NCBI GenBank assembly: GCA_036172245.1
Contig: JAYWIR010000007.1
Coordinates: 2,542,001 to 2,606,000, forward strand
Reading direction: 5' to 3'
Origin: Raillietiella orientalis
Lineage: Eukaryota
Length of the DNA: 64,000 nt
Part shown: positions 51,950 to 64,000 of the stretch, one piece after another
Numbering within the stretch: the stretch's first letter is position 1
Layout of the letters: each line of letters begins with the position of its first letter
The notes under the pieces: model-generated
Databases searched by the model: none
What the model was told of the DNA's origin: nothing
The model's input: the letters and a program-made list of their open reading frames with translations, nothing else
Translations under genes and position numbers: made by a program

Positions 51950-53100
51950 TCGATGGGAACTTGATTCGGCTGCATCCTCATTTACCGCCAGCAGAGGTTG
52001 TTGGATGCACTGCTGCATCCGTTGCATACAAAAAAATACAACGTGGAAATTTCGCGTGCACTTCTTTCTGTTTTCCAGAAGGAAAGGGTAACACAGTAAG
52101 GCATCGCTGGCCTGCGAAACGGAGGAAAAATCAGATTTTCCTCCCAACACTGAATTCCTTTCTATTCGAATTCGAGATCTTGCAATACATATGCTCTATG
52201 CCTCCAGGAAAAAACAAAAAACGGAATCAAATGGATTCAATGCTGATGGACATTTGATCTGTTTAGTCATTTTCCTTTTAAGCAAAGTGGGACTGTGAGG
52301 TGTAAAAAGTGGACTACTTGTTTCTCCGCCGGAATGGCTCCGCAATCGGTAATTGGATTTCTGGGTGATCCATTAGAGGCTGAAGGTTGCAGTGAATGGA
52401 TGCAGGAGTTCCGTGAAGAAAGGAGACTTGGAGTCATGTTCGGTGAAATGAACTTGCAATCGCTGGCGTTGAACCCGGTCTTCGCTTTCATCGTGAAGCG
52501 TCCTTGGAAAAGGAAGACTTGGCTGAGCCGCTCTCCAGAGAATGGAGGGTTTGGGATGTGGATGCAATTAGGAAGGCGTTGCTTCACGTGTGCTGCTTTG
52601 GTAAGGTTGCTCTTGCGTGCAAGCGACTCCCCTCGGTTCCTCTCATGGGGACGCTTCCCGTTTTTTCCAGGTTTTTCAAAGTCCCTTCTGGAAGAGATCG
52701 GCGCGCAAGCGCGAAGGCATCGTGCGTAAGAGAAGGCGTGGGAATACACGGAAGCTTGCGCGTGTTTTTATCCACTTCTTTGCGGTTCGCACAAGATGAA
52801 TCTCCCAATCCTCAAATTCCCAAGTAAATCTCAGGGTTGCTGATGGACGCATGCGAGGGATAATTGGAATACGAAGGGCAATTGAAGGCTCGAAGCTGGA
52901 ATCAAACAGCACTTCCGCCACTTGGTTTCGCCGTTCGTTTCTTCGGAAAGGTGTGCTGCCTTCCGCTCCCCGTTCCTGCACTTCCTCACTTCCTGTTCGG
53001 AAGGGTAGCCACGGCCGCTTGGCAGTTGGTGTGTGCCTCGAGGTGCGATAGCGATCGAGGTTGGATTTCCGGTTTCGGTTCATCACCCGGGAGTTCAGAT
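51950..53100 (-). mobile_element. Possible decayed Tc1/mariner transposase
   Basis: 'CPSALNPFDSVFCFFLE' (cf. SPDLNPLDFFLWGYL) followed by 'CTRNFH...QRMQQCI' (cf. ACENFRKRLQQCI). Confidence 0.3.
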
Positions 53101-56100
53101 TTCGCCCTCACGGGGATTCGCGGTGGCAGTCTCCCAAAACCTGGTGGTCCTACGGAAAAGGGAACCGAACGGATCTCCAGGGGTGGGAGGATCAGTTCCC
53201 AAGGAGCCTTCGATCCTTAACGTCGACCGTAGTCGGGAAGGGCCTGTCGGGAGTGTTGATGGGGTCCTCCAGCGCACGCAGAGGGATTTCGCCGAAATCC
53301 TGCACCGAATCGTCCGGGAAGAGCCCTCGAAGGCTGACGGACTGGAGCAAGTTCGTCAAGAACAACCAATAAACACCGTGACGTGGGTGGAACGCGAAAA
53401 GAGGGGGGGGGGGGATTGCTGGCGATTTTTCTCTCGGAAGCAACATATTTTCGCGGCTAAGCCGGGCTTTCGGAACGGTTGATGGAAATGTAAGATTCCG
53501 TGTTTAGATGAGATCGTAAATTTCCTGTGACTGAAGATATTTCCAGAAGGATGCAAAACAACTTTCAGAAATAATAAAAAATTACTAAATGTTTAGTCAA
53601 ACAGCATCGCAACATGACGTATTTTGTACTTTTGAGAGTCGCCGTTTGACATCGGAGCGCCATGAATTTCTTCGCAACAAAGAATGGAATTTATTCCTCT
53701 AGATGTTTCACATTCCTGTTTCGGAGCGAGCCTCAGCACTGCCAAGTGTTTATCTAAAACAATAATTCAGTTTGCTCAATAAATATGCTCGTTCTGTTCC
53801 CGGACAGGATGGGGGATGTTATTGTGGCCACGGAAGATCCTCGGTCCCATCGCGGTAATGAGATTTCGAAGTCCATGCAAATCCTTGACATATATTTCTG
53901 ATATCGGCAAGAGTTACTGCCACTTCCCTGTGTGGGAAGCATCGCTCGAAGCATAAATCTCTTCACCTGTTGATCACATGATTTGCTGACTCGTTTATTA
54001 CGATCACTTTGTTGTTGAGGCTCTCGGAAAAGAGTCTGACTCCGGTGGCAGGCTGTCCGCTCCCTCGGCATTCACGTCAGTGTTTTTCTTAATGTTAATC
54101 GGATGCATATTTCACAAAAGAGCATCCGGATCATGAAAATTCAATGGAGTTGTGTTTTAATGGCATCTTTCACACCTGGACAAGATTAAGCTGTTCGAAA
54201 GCGTTCCTTTTCTGGCGGCGACCGAGCAGAGGAGTGAAAGCTGGAAACGCGAACGCACCAACCGAGGCAAACGCTGGAGAGAAGGCGTCTTCCCTGCCTG
54301 GAAGTTCATGAAGGAGGAAAAGGATAGAAGGGAGAGGGGAAGAAGTTTTCCTTTTCCAAGAATTCTCTTCTTGACGTTCCTTCGCCGCGGTGGTGATTCG
54401 CGTGTCTGATGCTCGCTTGAGTTCAGGAAACGTCAGGAACTTTCGAATCCCCCCCCCCCCACACGGGGGGAAACGGAACCGTTCACTTCGTGAAGAGCGA
54501 ATGCTTTCCGGCCAGGACGTGCGTGGGCACTTCAAAGACCCTCGAGGAAGCATGAGCGTCCTAACGGGGGACTCACCAGCACCCGAGGTGTCTAAAACGT
54601 GTGCTCCAAGGGTTTCATTTGCCCTCCTCAGCGGTCACAAGTCGCGGGTTCAGTAGCTTCTAATGCTGCCGATGAGTGAGAGGTGGGGTGGTCACTTCCG
54701 GTTTCCAGCTTTGTGTTCTGCTGCCAGTCTGATCAATACTGGTCCGCTCTCAGCGTAGAAGGTCGGTGTGTTCCCAGATCTGTGTGGACGCCACACAGAT
54801 CTGGGAAACAGTTTTGGCTTGCGCCTTACTGCAAGCCAAAACTGTTTGCAAGATGTGTTGCTGATAAGGTCTCTTTGGAGGCAGTTTGAGTGCGGCAATG
54901 GGGTTAGGGTCTGTCTGCATCCTTCAATGAAGTGATTCTTTGATGAAAGTCTCCGATCAAAAAGCAAACATTCAGAGTAGGAATCTGGCTCCCAGGAAGC
55001 ATTTAGAGGACTTGACCAATGACTCGCAGGTTGGCTGCAACTGAAGACCGCAACGGCCTAGAGGAGGAGGACGCTCAATAAAAATAAACAAATAAGGAAC
55101 GGAGGGGGTGAGGGAACCGGTGGCTAACAGGGCCGAGTCTTCTGTAGCCCGAGCGCAATAGAGGTGTCATCCTTCATCACTCCTTCTTGCAGAGGATGGG
55201 GTCATTTCTCCACTCCCGTGATCACGGAGGAGGCCTTCTTCAGTGGAAGAAAACCCTTCAGATTTCTTAGGATCAAAATTGGATGCTCAGATTGCTCGGT
55301 AACACGGGTCACTCTTGTTGCTTGTTGTTGCTGTTGAGGGACAGAGGAGTCATGGAAATGCGTTCTGGCTACCTCTGGACGGCGCCGTACCCAGCTTGCA
55401 AAAGAAGGTCACGATGTCCTCCGGGTTCGAAGCGCGGTGCGAGCGGAGCCACCTGGAAGGGATGCCTGACTGGGAGCAGCTGGCTGCGCCGTTGGCAGCA
55501 GCCGCAGCTCTTTCCCGCCGAGATGCGAAGCCACGAATCTCGACCTCGCATCTCGGCGGGAAAGAGCGAAGGAGAGCAGGAACGTGCCCGCCTTGGTGGA
55601 CTGCTTAGTCCTCGCACGGCGGCGGCTTGCGTTCCTCCGAGACTGCACTTGAAGCATTTACTGCACTCGGGAAGCATTTCCCGCTGTTCTCAACATCGCA
55701 GGTGGGAGCCGGCAGCGCGCAAACAGACTCCTCCTCCCCTTTCCTTCCGACCGGCTTTACCCAGTTCACACCGATTACACGGCCGGCCACCTTCCTCCCC
55801 CCCCTCCCTGTCTATTAATCGCGCGCCTGCGGTCCCACTTAATTGCGAGGCGAGAGAATCATTCCCACCCCGGCTGGTCCACTAATTCCTTGCACTTCCT
55901 CCCAGCCGTCGGCTCTTCGCTCTGCTTGCGCTATCTCACACGAAAGGCGGAGGTGAGCTCCTGCAGGAAAAGGATTCCTGGAGGCTTCGACGGGGAGGCA
56001 GAGGAGGTCCCCCCGCCCGCCCAGTCGAATGGTAAGAATGCTGATGCTTTCCACTCCAAGTCCGCAGCATACTCACGTTCAAAAGATCAGCACAAGTCCT

Positions 56101-56237
56101 GTCCAAATGAACGAGATCGATTGATGCGCGCGGGCTCCCTTGCAGAGCCTTTGGCTCGTCCACGCTTCCAGCAGCAACCGCCGCCCACCTTCTTCTCCGT
56201 CGGAGCTCCTCGGTCGTTGCTCGTCAGGCTGCCCTCA

Positions 56238-57694
56238 GGAGCCGGGGCCCATTCTTGCCTCGGTTCCAACCACGATTCACCCGTCCTCGGGCAGCGGGAC
56301 GGAGACGGCGCGGGTGAGCTCGACAGGAGCACTCGTTTCATCCGCTTTCCGGGATGGAGTTCCTTTTGCGGATGGAGAGTTTCCAGGAACACTCTCCAGG
56401 ATCGACGAAATCCTGGATCCTTTTTGTGCTTTCCCACGCCCTTTCGTCTTTTTCGCTTTTTTCTTTTTCCTTTTTTCGTGATTCGCCAAGTACGGAAGAA
56501 CCGTGGCTTCGAACGCCTAGGGACAACGGTGCGAATCGAGAAGGTGTGGGGAGGGGTGCGGGGGCTGTTCGACTGCCTGGGATTCGACGTGCGCGTCAGG
56601 TGGAAGGGGGGAGGTCGTGAGGAGAAGTTCGAAGCAGAAGGGAGCACTTTGAAGGCGTGTTTGTGCGTGAACGGGAGCCTGGATGCGGGGACGCGAGGGC
56701 GTGGTGCGAGTGGAGACGAGAATGTGGAGCGGTCCTGAGCGCCATCTCGCGAGAGGACCGGAAACTGGGAGCGACTCCTCGGAGTCGGCGCCCATGGCCA
56801 TGGGTGTTGGAAGCTGGGACGCTTGGTGGCGCGCGCGATCGCCGCGGCCGCTGTTCGGATGACCTCGTTTTCGGAATCGCCGCAGCAGGTCCTTCCAGCT
56901 ACGTGGAGAGAGAGCGCTCAGCGTGAAGAAGCTGCTGCGATTCCGGTTGGGACCGAGGGGAGGCGGATGTCGATCTTGAGGGAGTGCGCACCTTGCTCTC
57001 CCCTCGGCTCCTCGTGAATTCCTCACAGATTCCTCGCCTGCTAGTGAGCAGCCTTCCCGAGGATTCCGGGCACGTCCGGTGTGGATCGCGACTCGCCGGA
57101 TGCGCGCCGGCGGTGGGAAACGTCTCGGGAAGGTTCAGCGGCTTCGCCTCTCTTCCCTCGGGGCGGTCGCTCGGCAATGCTACCCCCTGCAGCGAGGTCA
57201 CTCGGTTCGGACGCTACAAGGAAATGCTCCAGCTCGCTCCTGGGAAGGGCGCCGAAGAAAAACGAAGAGGCGAGAGAATTCCGGGTGCTGAAGGACCAGC
57301 CTGCAGCAGCCCCCGGGGGACGCACGACGAGGGCCTCCGCGTGGGATGTCCTGCGGCGTCCCGTTTCCACCGGAAGTGCAGTCCTGAGTGGAGTCGGACG
57401 GCATCTCTTTCGCCGCTCCTCTCTCCGGGACGCGGGGCGAGGAGCGTGCGGATGGCGCCGCTGAGGAAACGCGACCTAGGAAGAAGAGGAGGTTGCGACC
57501 TCATCTGCGACCGGCAAGACGGATGTGAGGCTCAGGAACCCCAACGAACGCCTCCCCCCAGCCTCCCCTTCCTTGCAATCTGCGTGCGCGGCTGTTTTTT
57601 TTTCCCTGCCCCTTCTTGCTTGCGCTCCCTGACTCCCGCGGCCGACCCAGCGAGCGGTCCACTCGGGAGTCTCACCACCCTCCTGCTCCCTGGG
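56238..57694. repeat. 1.45 kb GC-rich dispersed repeat, copy 2
   Basis: Near-identical direct copy of 34609-36061, differing by scattered substitutions and small indels. Confidence 0.97.
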
Positions 57695-58439
57695 AGCGCC
57701 TGTTGAGAGGAGCTTTCCGCAGCAACCTCGCGTCAACAGCCACCGTCTGAGTGATTCTGCCGCAGCTTTGAGACTCGAATAAGTTCAGCCAAAGGCCAAG
57801 TGGAAGCTACGGGACTCCTGGATTCGCGTGAAATGTAGAGCAGGCGACGGCATCCCAGCGTAGGATGGATGGAGAAGCTCTGGTGGAGAAGATCAGGGGG
57901 AAAGCGCCACAAAGGTGAGCTCTCCCTTTGAGATCAAAGGAATGGTGTGAATCCGCGCATTCCGGTGGGGGGATAGGGATCACACCCCGTCACCTATGCA
58001 CGCGTGTCTGCACGCGAAGGGCGTCTCAAAGACAAAGCCCTAAAGCACTGCAAGTGAATGTAAGCAGCTCGCTGGACCAGAGAGAGTCGTGTCGTGATAA
58101 TCAGATTCTCAGCGTGACAGGACGTGTACTGAGATCTGCAGTGGGGACGGGGGCGGCTGCAAGGAAGGCATGTGAGCAAGTCTTTCGCCTCTCGTGAGGA
58201 CCCTAAGCTCCTGCTTACTAGGCGGCAGGTGCCATCCCTCATCACCACGCTTCGCCGTCGCCGAAAAGCCAAACAGGCGGGCCATCACAGGCGATTTGGG
58301 AGCGACCTCGACATCTTCGTCGCTATCCGTTTCGGGGCGGCTCCAGTGTCCTAGGAAGGATACCCGCAACAGCGACAACAGGAGTGACTCATGTTACCGA
58401 GCGATCTGGGTGTGACACTGGTTGACTCCTGGCCATGCC

Positions 58440-59108
58440 GGAGCGTTTATTTATAAAAATACATATACATGTCTCTGGCAGGACATTTGATCCTGCCACT
58501 TTGACCCTGCCACTTATGAATCTGCTGGGATCTGGCACGCAGGCCAGCGGGGTCACCTCGGCAGCACAAGGGAAGGGGAGACAAACAAAAAGAAAAAAAT
58601 AAAACGAAAAATGCAGCCAAAGAATAGGGGAGGAGGTTCGGGAAGGGGTCATTGTGTGCTGAAAGGCGTTCTCTGCATCTTTGTAAGGATGCCGAGAAAT
58701 TCCTGTTTCAAAACTCCCAGATGCTATCTTGATGCTATCCTCATGGAGAGGACAGCAAAGTAGATGGCGTTCCTGTCGTTCTGGACTCTGCGTTGCTCCA
58801 GCGGGATCTTCTAGCATCTCCCGGAGCGTGCAGTTGCTGTTGCACGCGTATAGGAAACGTCGCACCTGTTCCGCGCTTGGCTCCTGGATACTCGCCCACG
58901 TGCGAGCGGTTCTCTGCAACCAGGCACTAACGTTCGCAGGGCGGCACGAGATCCATCCGTTTTGCCTCGCCAGCGTGGTCACCTGCCGAAGGTGCAGTCC
59001 GCAGTGAATGAGACTGCGTGGAGGACGCGAAAGGAAGGACGCGAGTCCACGCTTCCTGTGGCTTGCTGGATGAGAAGACGTGCAGGCTGGCACCAGGTGG
59101 TGCTCCAC
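58440..59108 (-). mobile_element. Old interspersed repeat with coding remnant and 3' UTR-like tail
   Basis: Homologous to both 27430-27800 (+) and 42495-42900 (-). T-rich tract then AATAAA on the minus strand at ~58450. Confidence 0.6.
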
Positions 59109-59264
59109 AGGGTTGTTACGAAGGCAAGTGTTAAAACTGGAGCTGCAGCTCTATTCGCTCCAGTGTCAGGAGACCTAGGCCGCCGGCATGGAGCACACAA
59201 GTCCTTTAGGTGGAATCGGGGTCTCCCTTTACCCCAAAGGGCGATCCAGAGGAAATTCTTCGTC

Positions 59265-59840
59265 CTTTGGCACTGGAGCAAGCTGAAAACCCGATGTTCC
59301 CGTTAGCTAGCTGGGATTGGTTCCTTGATTCCTGGAAGGACCTCGGAAGGAGGAGAAATTAAGAAGCCGTTCTTCTCTGGTTGTGAAAATGGAGCCGTCC
59401 CATCGCGTATCACGAAACTGCTTGATACTCCTCTCGGAGGGTGGTCGCATCTCCAGAGTGCCAAGAAGCACGCTCCTTCCTCCGGGGAGCCTTCAGAAAA
59501 GTTGGAAAGCGCTCCTTCGGGGTGCTCTTCAGAGGAGGAGAAAACAAGGAACGGTTTTCTTGAGGGTTTCCTCCGAAGAATGAATTCCGGGTAGCGGATC
59601 CTTTCTTTTTCAGGGTTCTTTTCGGAGAAGAAACGACGAGCGGAGCTTTCCAAGAGTCACTAAGGATCTCTCCTTCTCCTTTCCAAGGAAGTGGTTCCTT
59701 CAGGGTTCTCTTCCAAGCGTAAGAGGAACGGACTCATTCCTCCAAAGTCTTCCTGATTCATGGACCCTCCCCTCCTGGAGCACTCCCTCTAACTTAAAGA
59801 GTTGCTACACTCACCTTTGGGTGGAGTGGACAAAGAGCTT
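59265..59840 (+). mobile_element. Diverged SINE-like copy
   Basis: ggcactgg...gctgaaaacccgatg, ctggttgtgaaaatggagcc, tctccagagtgccaag, ctcttcagagga and tail cactcacctttgggtggagtgg occur in the same order as in 10539-11272. Confidence 0.65.
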
Positions 59841-59859
59841 CGTGAGCTCCCTCCCATCC

Positions 59860-61950
59860 TTTAAGGAGGCGAGCGGTTTTTCAAGTATTGTAGTCAGGTA
59901 GTGCTTGATGGACAGCCGTGCACCTCTTCTCCCGTTGCGAGATCCATTGGTAAACCTCCGAATGCGAAATCTCAGAATCATCGTCATCCGGACTGCCTTG
60001 TGGTAGACACGGCCTTCAAAATATTCGCGCCTTGCTTTTTGGAAGGATTTGCAGATTTCCTTGTTGCTTCCCCAACGCTCGCTTTTTGTACAACCGGTAG
60101 AACCAGTCAAAGGAGCACGCTGCCGTTCTCGCCGACTGTTTAGTTGACGAAGGCCTTCCAGGATCGCCGACTCGAGAAATCTTTTCCAGGATAATGAAGA
60201 AGAGGGACGAAGACCCAAGGAAGTTGTCTGCTTCCACTCGAGAGATCATGTGTCCTTTAACAGCCATCCTGTTCATCTTCTTGTTTCCGCAGGCGCCGTT
60301 CAGGTGGAGATGTAGAGGCTTCTCCTTCTGCTTCCCAGGAAAACAGCATTCCACTCTCGCTTCCCTGACAGCACACCCTCCTTCAACCCGAAAGTGTTCC
60401 ACTTCTGAACTGAAAGATAAGATAATGATCATTAATGAAAAGCAATGTGTGCGGCCAACGAAGGAGAAGGCTCTTGGGCGCCTTCTTGCTGGGCGAAAGC
60501 GGCGTCAGATTCTGTACCAAAGGCGTCTTCCCCGCTTCCTGAAGCAGCGACGCATGCCTGCATTCCTGCCGGATGGGGTCGCTTGGGGAGCGACTGCGAT
60601 TTCGTTCCGCCCTTATGATGGTGGCCTGAGATGAATCGACGAGATTGAAAATCAGATTAGGGAAAAACCTGGAGTGCGTTTTTCGATTTGTTGGATTCTT
60701 CTGCTCCACGCAACAGGGCAGCTGTTTGGAAGAGCCAAGAGGGCATTGGGGAGCCAAAGTGCAGTTTCTCCCAAACCGGAAGATCAGGTAGAAGTAGAAT
60801 AGAAGATTGCGAGATGGAGGGCAGTTTCACTCCGGAAAATCTGAGCTACAAGTTTCCTCTGCCAAAGGCAAAAAAAAATAGAAACACACACGCACACACA
60901 TATACGCAAAGTTTTTCGAAGGAAGGGTTTTCTCTCGCTGCCAGTCCCGTACATACTCACATGCTCTCTCATCGTGCAGAATTTTCTTCCAAAGGGTACT
61001 GTGCCGTTCAGGATCGACGTTTCGTACCTTCATTTGAGGTACATTCCAGCAAACCCTTCCTGATTTCTAAATGGTATGATGGGATGCAGCGTTCTGGAAG
61101 GATCTATTTCCCGAGAGATTCCTTCTGGTTTTTTCTTCCTTCTCCCGAAGTGCACGACTGCTTCGAAGAGGTTGATTTCTCGCTTTTCCAGAGTGGTAGT
61201 GAGTCTGGATCTGACATCTTCCAATATTCGCTGACCTTGTTCGTTTACTATGCCTCCTGTCTTCGGATTCGGCACTCGACGTGCAGCATAGGGCGCACTG
61301 AGCCCATTCGCAACGCCTTTTCGAGGAAGCCAAGCGATTACAGTAGGGATGTAGGTTATTTTGCATCCGCCTTTAGAGTTCATCCTAGAACAACGCCGTG
61401 AAGAGAATGCAATCATTAGTCAAGACGAGCTGAAGCAAAACTGCGAGCTGACCATCAGCCGGGGGCCAGCGTTTTTTTCTACCACTTCGCTGCATCGAAC
61501 GTCCATCAGTTACGGCTGCTGCAGCACTGCTTTTTCATCAGTTTGACGATCACTAGACGGGAGTTTCTTGTGCAGGAGAGGGCCGTTCTTTCCATTTATA
61601 AAGGCCATCGAGGATTTATTGGACTTTGAGAGCGACGATCGGCAAGGATTCTCACCGTTTTCGTAATCTTCAAAAGAGTTTTCCTCTTGCTTTCGTCGCA
61701 GGATTTGCCTGCAGAGTCTTTCATTCTTTCCACCGGAAACATGAATATCGGTTGAGGATGGTGTACAGGTCAACCAGTCGGGCACGATCCCCAAGCGCAC
61801 CATCTACCATTTCAATTCTGGAATTCTCCACGCTTTCTAATTCTTCTCTGACATTCTTCGATTCACGTTTCAGGTTGCATCGTTTCATTCCCGACTTCCA
61901 AGACACACCCTCTCACCACATCTCAGCTGCTAACAGATAACCGGAAAGTC
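59860..61950 (-). mobile_element. Decayed Gypsy-type pol (RT-RNase H) remnant
   Basis: Ordered fragments: 'VREELE...LGIVP...TPSSTDIHVSGGKNERLCRQ' (RT start), 'LEKREINLFEAVVHFGRRK' (RT end), 'NLVDSSQATI' and 'LLRWPHTLLFINDHYLIF' (cf. LEGRHFTIYTDHKPL, RNase H). No intact YxDD motif or LTRs seen. Confidence 0.45.
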
Positions 61951-63635
61951 GCCCTGCACCTTCGGCGCAAAGTGGCAGTGCCTTGAGCTCTGCGTTGGGA
62001 ACGAAAAATGTCCTCTCCAGCATGATCGTTCGGAATTTCAGATGCCCTCCACAAGGTGAAGATGAGGGAAAAATTTTCAAGCTGGGAAACGCCGCCTCCG
62101 TAAATTTTTGGACCTTTAGCCTGCTTTTCCTTTATGAAGAGGTAGTTGGAAGATGACGGAGGTCTGAAAATCATCCATCGCCTGGCTCTATCTTCATCAA
62201 TCCCCAGGAAAGCTCACTTTTGGCGGCCTTGTTGTGAATGGCGCATGCCCGAGCTTGCTGGGCGGAAACTGACTTCCGAAAACTTCCTTGGAATGCGAGG
62301 GACTGTGTGCTGAATGTCGAAGAGAACCCACCTTCATCCTTTTGTTTCCGCTAGGCGCTCCGTCCGTGAGGATCCTAGATGCATTCGGGCGAAGACAGTA
62401 AAGGATGGAAGGAACTACGAATCGATGCATGAGAGCCCACACCTCCCACCTATCAGGACGAGTCCGGATGTTCCATTTGGGAGCGAGATATGCTCTTGGT
62501 GGAAAGAGAAAAGCAAAGGAGAGGAAACCAATACAAACTGATGATGCTGCGGAATGATGCTGCTGCTGCACCTTGGTGTCTGATTCCTTCTCAATGGGTC
62601 AGCAGAACCGAGACGCTGAAGGATAGAAGGGCGCTTCCTGTCTCCGGGCTAACTTTCCTGGGTCTGATTCCCTTGGTTTCGTTCGATCCCGTCCGGACTG
62701 AAGACTGGAGGTGGGCGTTCACAGGAGCTCAACCGCTTCCCAGTGTAAGAAACGCACGTGTTTCCCAAACACATGCACACGCTTGCGCTTGCTCGTGGTG
62801 CATTCTCTCACAACCAGCGACAGCTGGGGAGAGCTAGCGCGGGAAGCGGTGTTCTGGGTCAGAGGTCGCATTATGGATACAGGAAAAGTGTTCACTCTCA
62901 AGCGATGAACCTCAATGCTCAGCGAAGCGAAATCGAAATTCTCATTCGGATTCATCCGTAAGATGGAACGAAGCGGTTTCTTCCACTTAGGCAGCCTGGC
63001 ATCCGTTTTGCCTCCCACGCCTCAGCAGTGTGCACGGAGAGGAAAAGAAGAATCGGCAACAAAGGAGAGAAAGTTTGCAACACAGAGGAGTCGTCCGATG
63101 GGGCGAAGAGAAAACAAAAAACAATCTCTTCCGAATCGAAGTGCATTTCCCATCTGAAACAGCACGGTGTGGCCAAAGACGATTCCTCTAAGGGCTTGTG
63201 CCCGTGAGCGGCCATTCACAAGATAGAACGAGTGCCTCTCCAAGACCTCTCAGGATTGCTGCTGCTCTTCACGACCGGTCACGAAGTCCTCGATGCTTGG
63301 ATGAGCGCGCGCAAGAACTCCCAGCTCTGCTCCCGAGAGGTTCCACGGTCGCCATTTATGCTCAAATCTGCTGTTGACTAAAGCATCCAACCGGGAAGAC
63401 AGCAGCTAGTAGTGAGGATTATCCTCCAACTCCGCAGATTACCTGGCATCCTCATCTACTCCTTCTGGAGATGCTAAGCTTCCTGAAAGTAGCTTTGTGA
63501 CGTCTCCTTCTTCCGGTGTACTCCTCGAGATGTACTCATCGTTGAGCTGATGAGGGTTATATGCTCTATTCAACCTCACTAGAGGGAGCTTTACACGCTG
63601 TCGAGGGATGAAGAACTGAATAAAGCTGACGATCA

Positions 63636-63933
63636 ATGCTCGCACGAAGCAGACAGCACTCAACAGCACGCATGGCAAGGCGCAGAGGAAGCAGTCAGCA
63701 GCGACGATGGCGCGAAAGAGTGCACCTACCATCGGAGGTGTGAAGAAGTCCCATCTTCACTCCCAGGGGCAGCGGCTCTGAGGCATTCACGGCCACCAGA
63801 AAAGCGATGCGCTGCTGATCCACGGTGGCTTTTCGGTACCTGGCACGCGAAACAGGACTTCAAGGAGGACTTAAACGGTTCCAAAGTTTCGTTGGTACAA
63901 GAAGTCAGTGAAGCCTGCTTGGTCGTTCTGTTT
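63636..63933 (+). pseudogene. H3: Histone H3 pseudogene (frameshifted, 3' truncated)
   Basis: Reads [39 protein letters not shown], then across frameshifts [26 protein letters not shown] and QEVSEACLVVLF. The ATG is out of frame by a 1 nt loss. Confidence 0.92.
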
Positions 63934-64000
63934 CCCTCCGCCCCGTTGGCAAGAAACCAACCGACCTTCCTGGATGGCTTCCCAGCTATCTCGGACAGCT

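Noticed and set aside
34609..57694. Intact LTR retrotransposon bounded by the 1.45 kb repeats
   Set aside because: No shared TG...CA termini, PBS, PPT or TSD, and the interior holds a host gene and mixed debris rather than gag-pol.
1..64000. CRISPR array or prokaryotic defence/operon system
   Set aside because: No regularly spaced repeats or operon-like gene packing; spliceosomal introns show the DNA is eukaryotic.

Overview
Eukaryotic (metazoan) genomic DNA. The 40-55 nt introns and the divergent DEG/ENaC genes suggest a nematode-like invertebrate, but that assignment is inference. The window is a compositional mosaic. Two AT-rich islands carry compact housekeeping genes with tiny introns: gamma-glutamylcyclotransferase (~13.2-13.9 kb) and DPH7/WDR85 (~46.8-47.9 kb). 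GC/CpG-rich, repeat-laden blocks hold two tandem minus-strand DEG/ENaC channel paralogs (~2.7-8.0 kb and ~17.8-33.0 kb) with shared intron positions, and a histone H3 pseudogene at the right end. Repeats include at least seven copies of a tRNA-headed SINE-like family, a near-identical 1.45 kb direct-repeat pair bracketing DPH7, and decayed Tc1/mariner, Gypsy and non-LTR remnants. The most notable oddities are a cysteine-poor thumb and altered TM2 in the DEG/ENaC pair, a GA (not GT) splice donor at an intron position confirmed by the paralog, a SINE body built from UUCG-capped hairpin modules with a CTCF-like tail motif, and several long perfect hairpins near 54.8-55.6 kb. Most ORFs in the supplied track are spurious GC-rich frames. 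I see no complete novel multi-gene system; all protein family calls are by-eye motif recognition, not database results.
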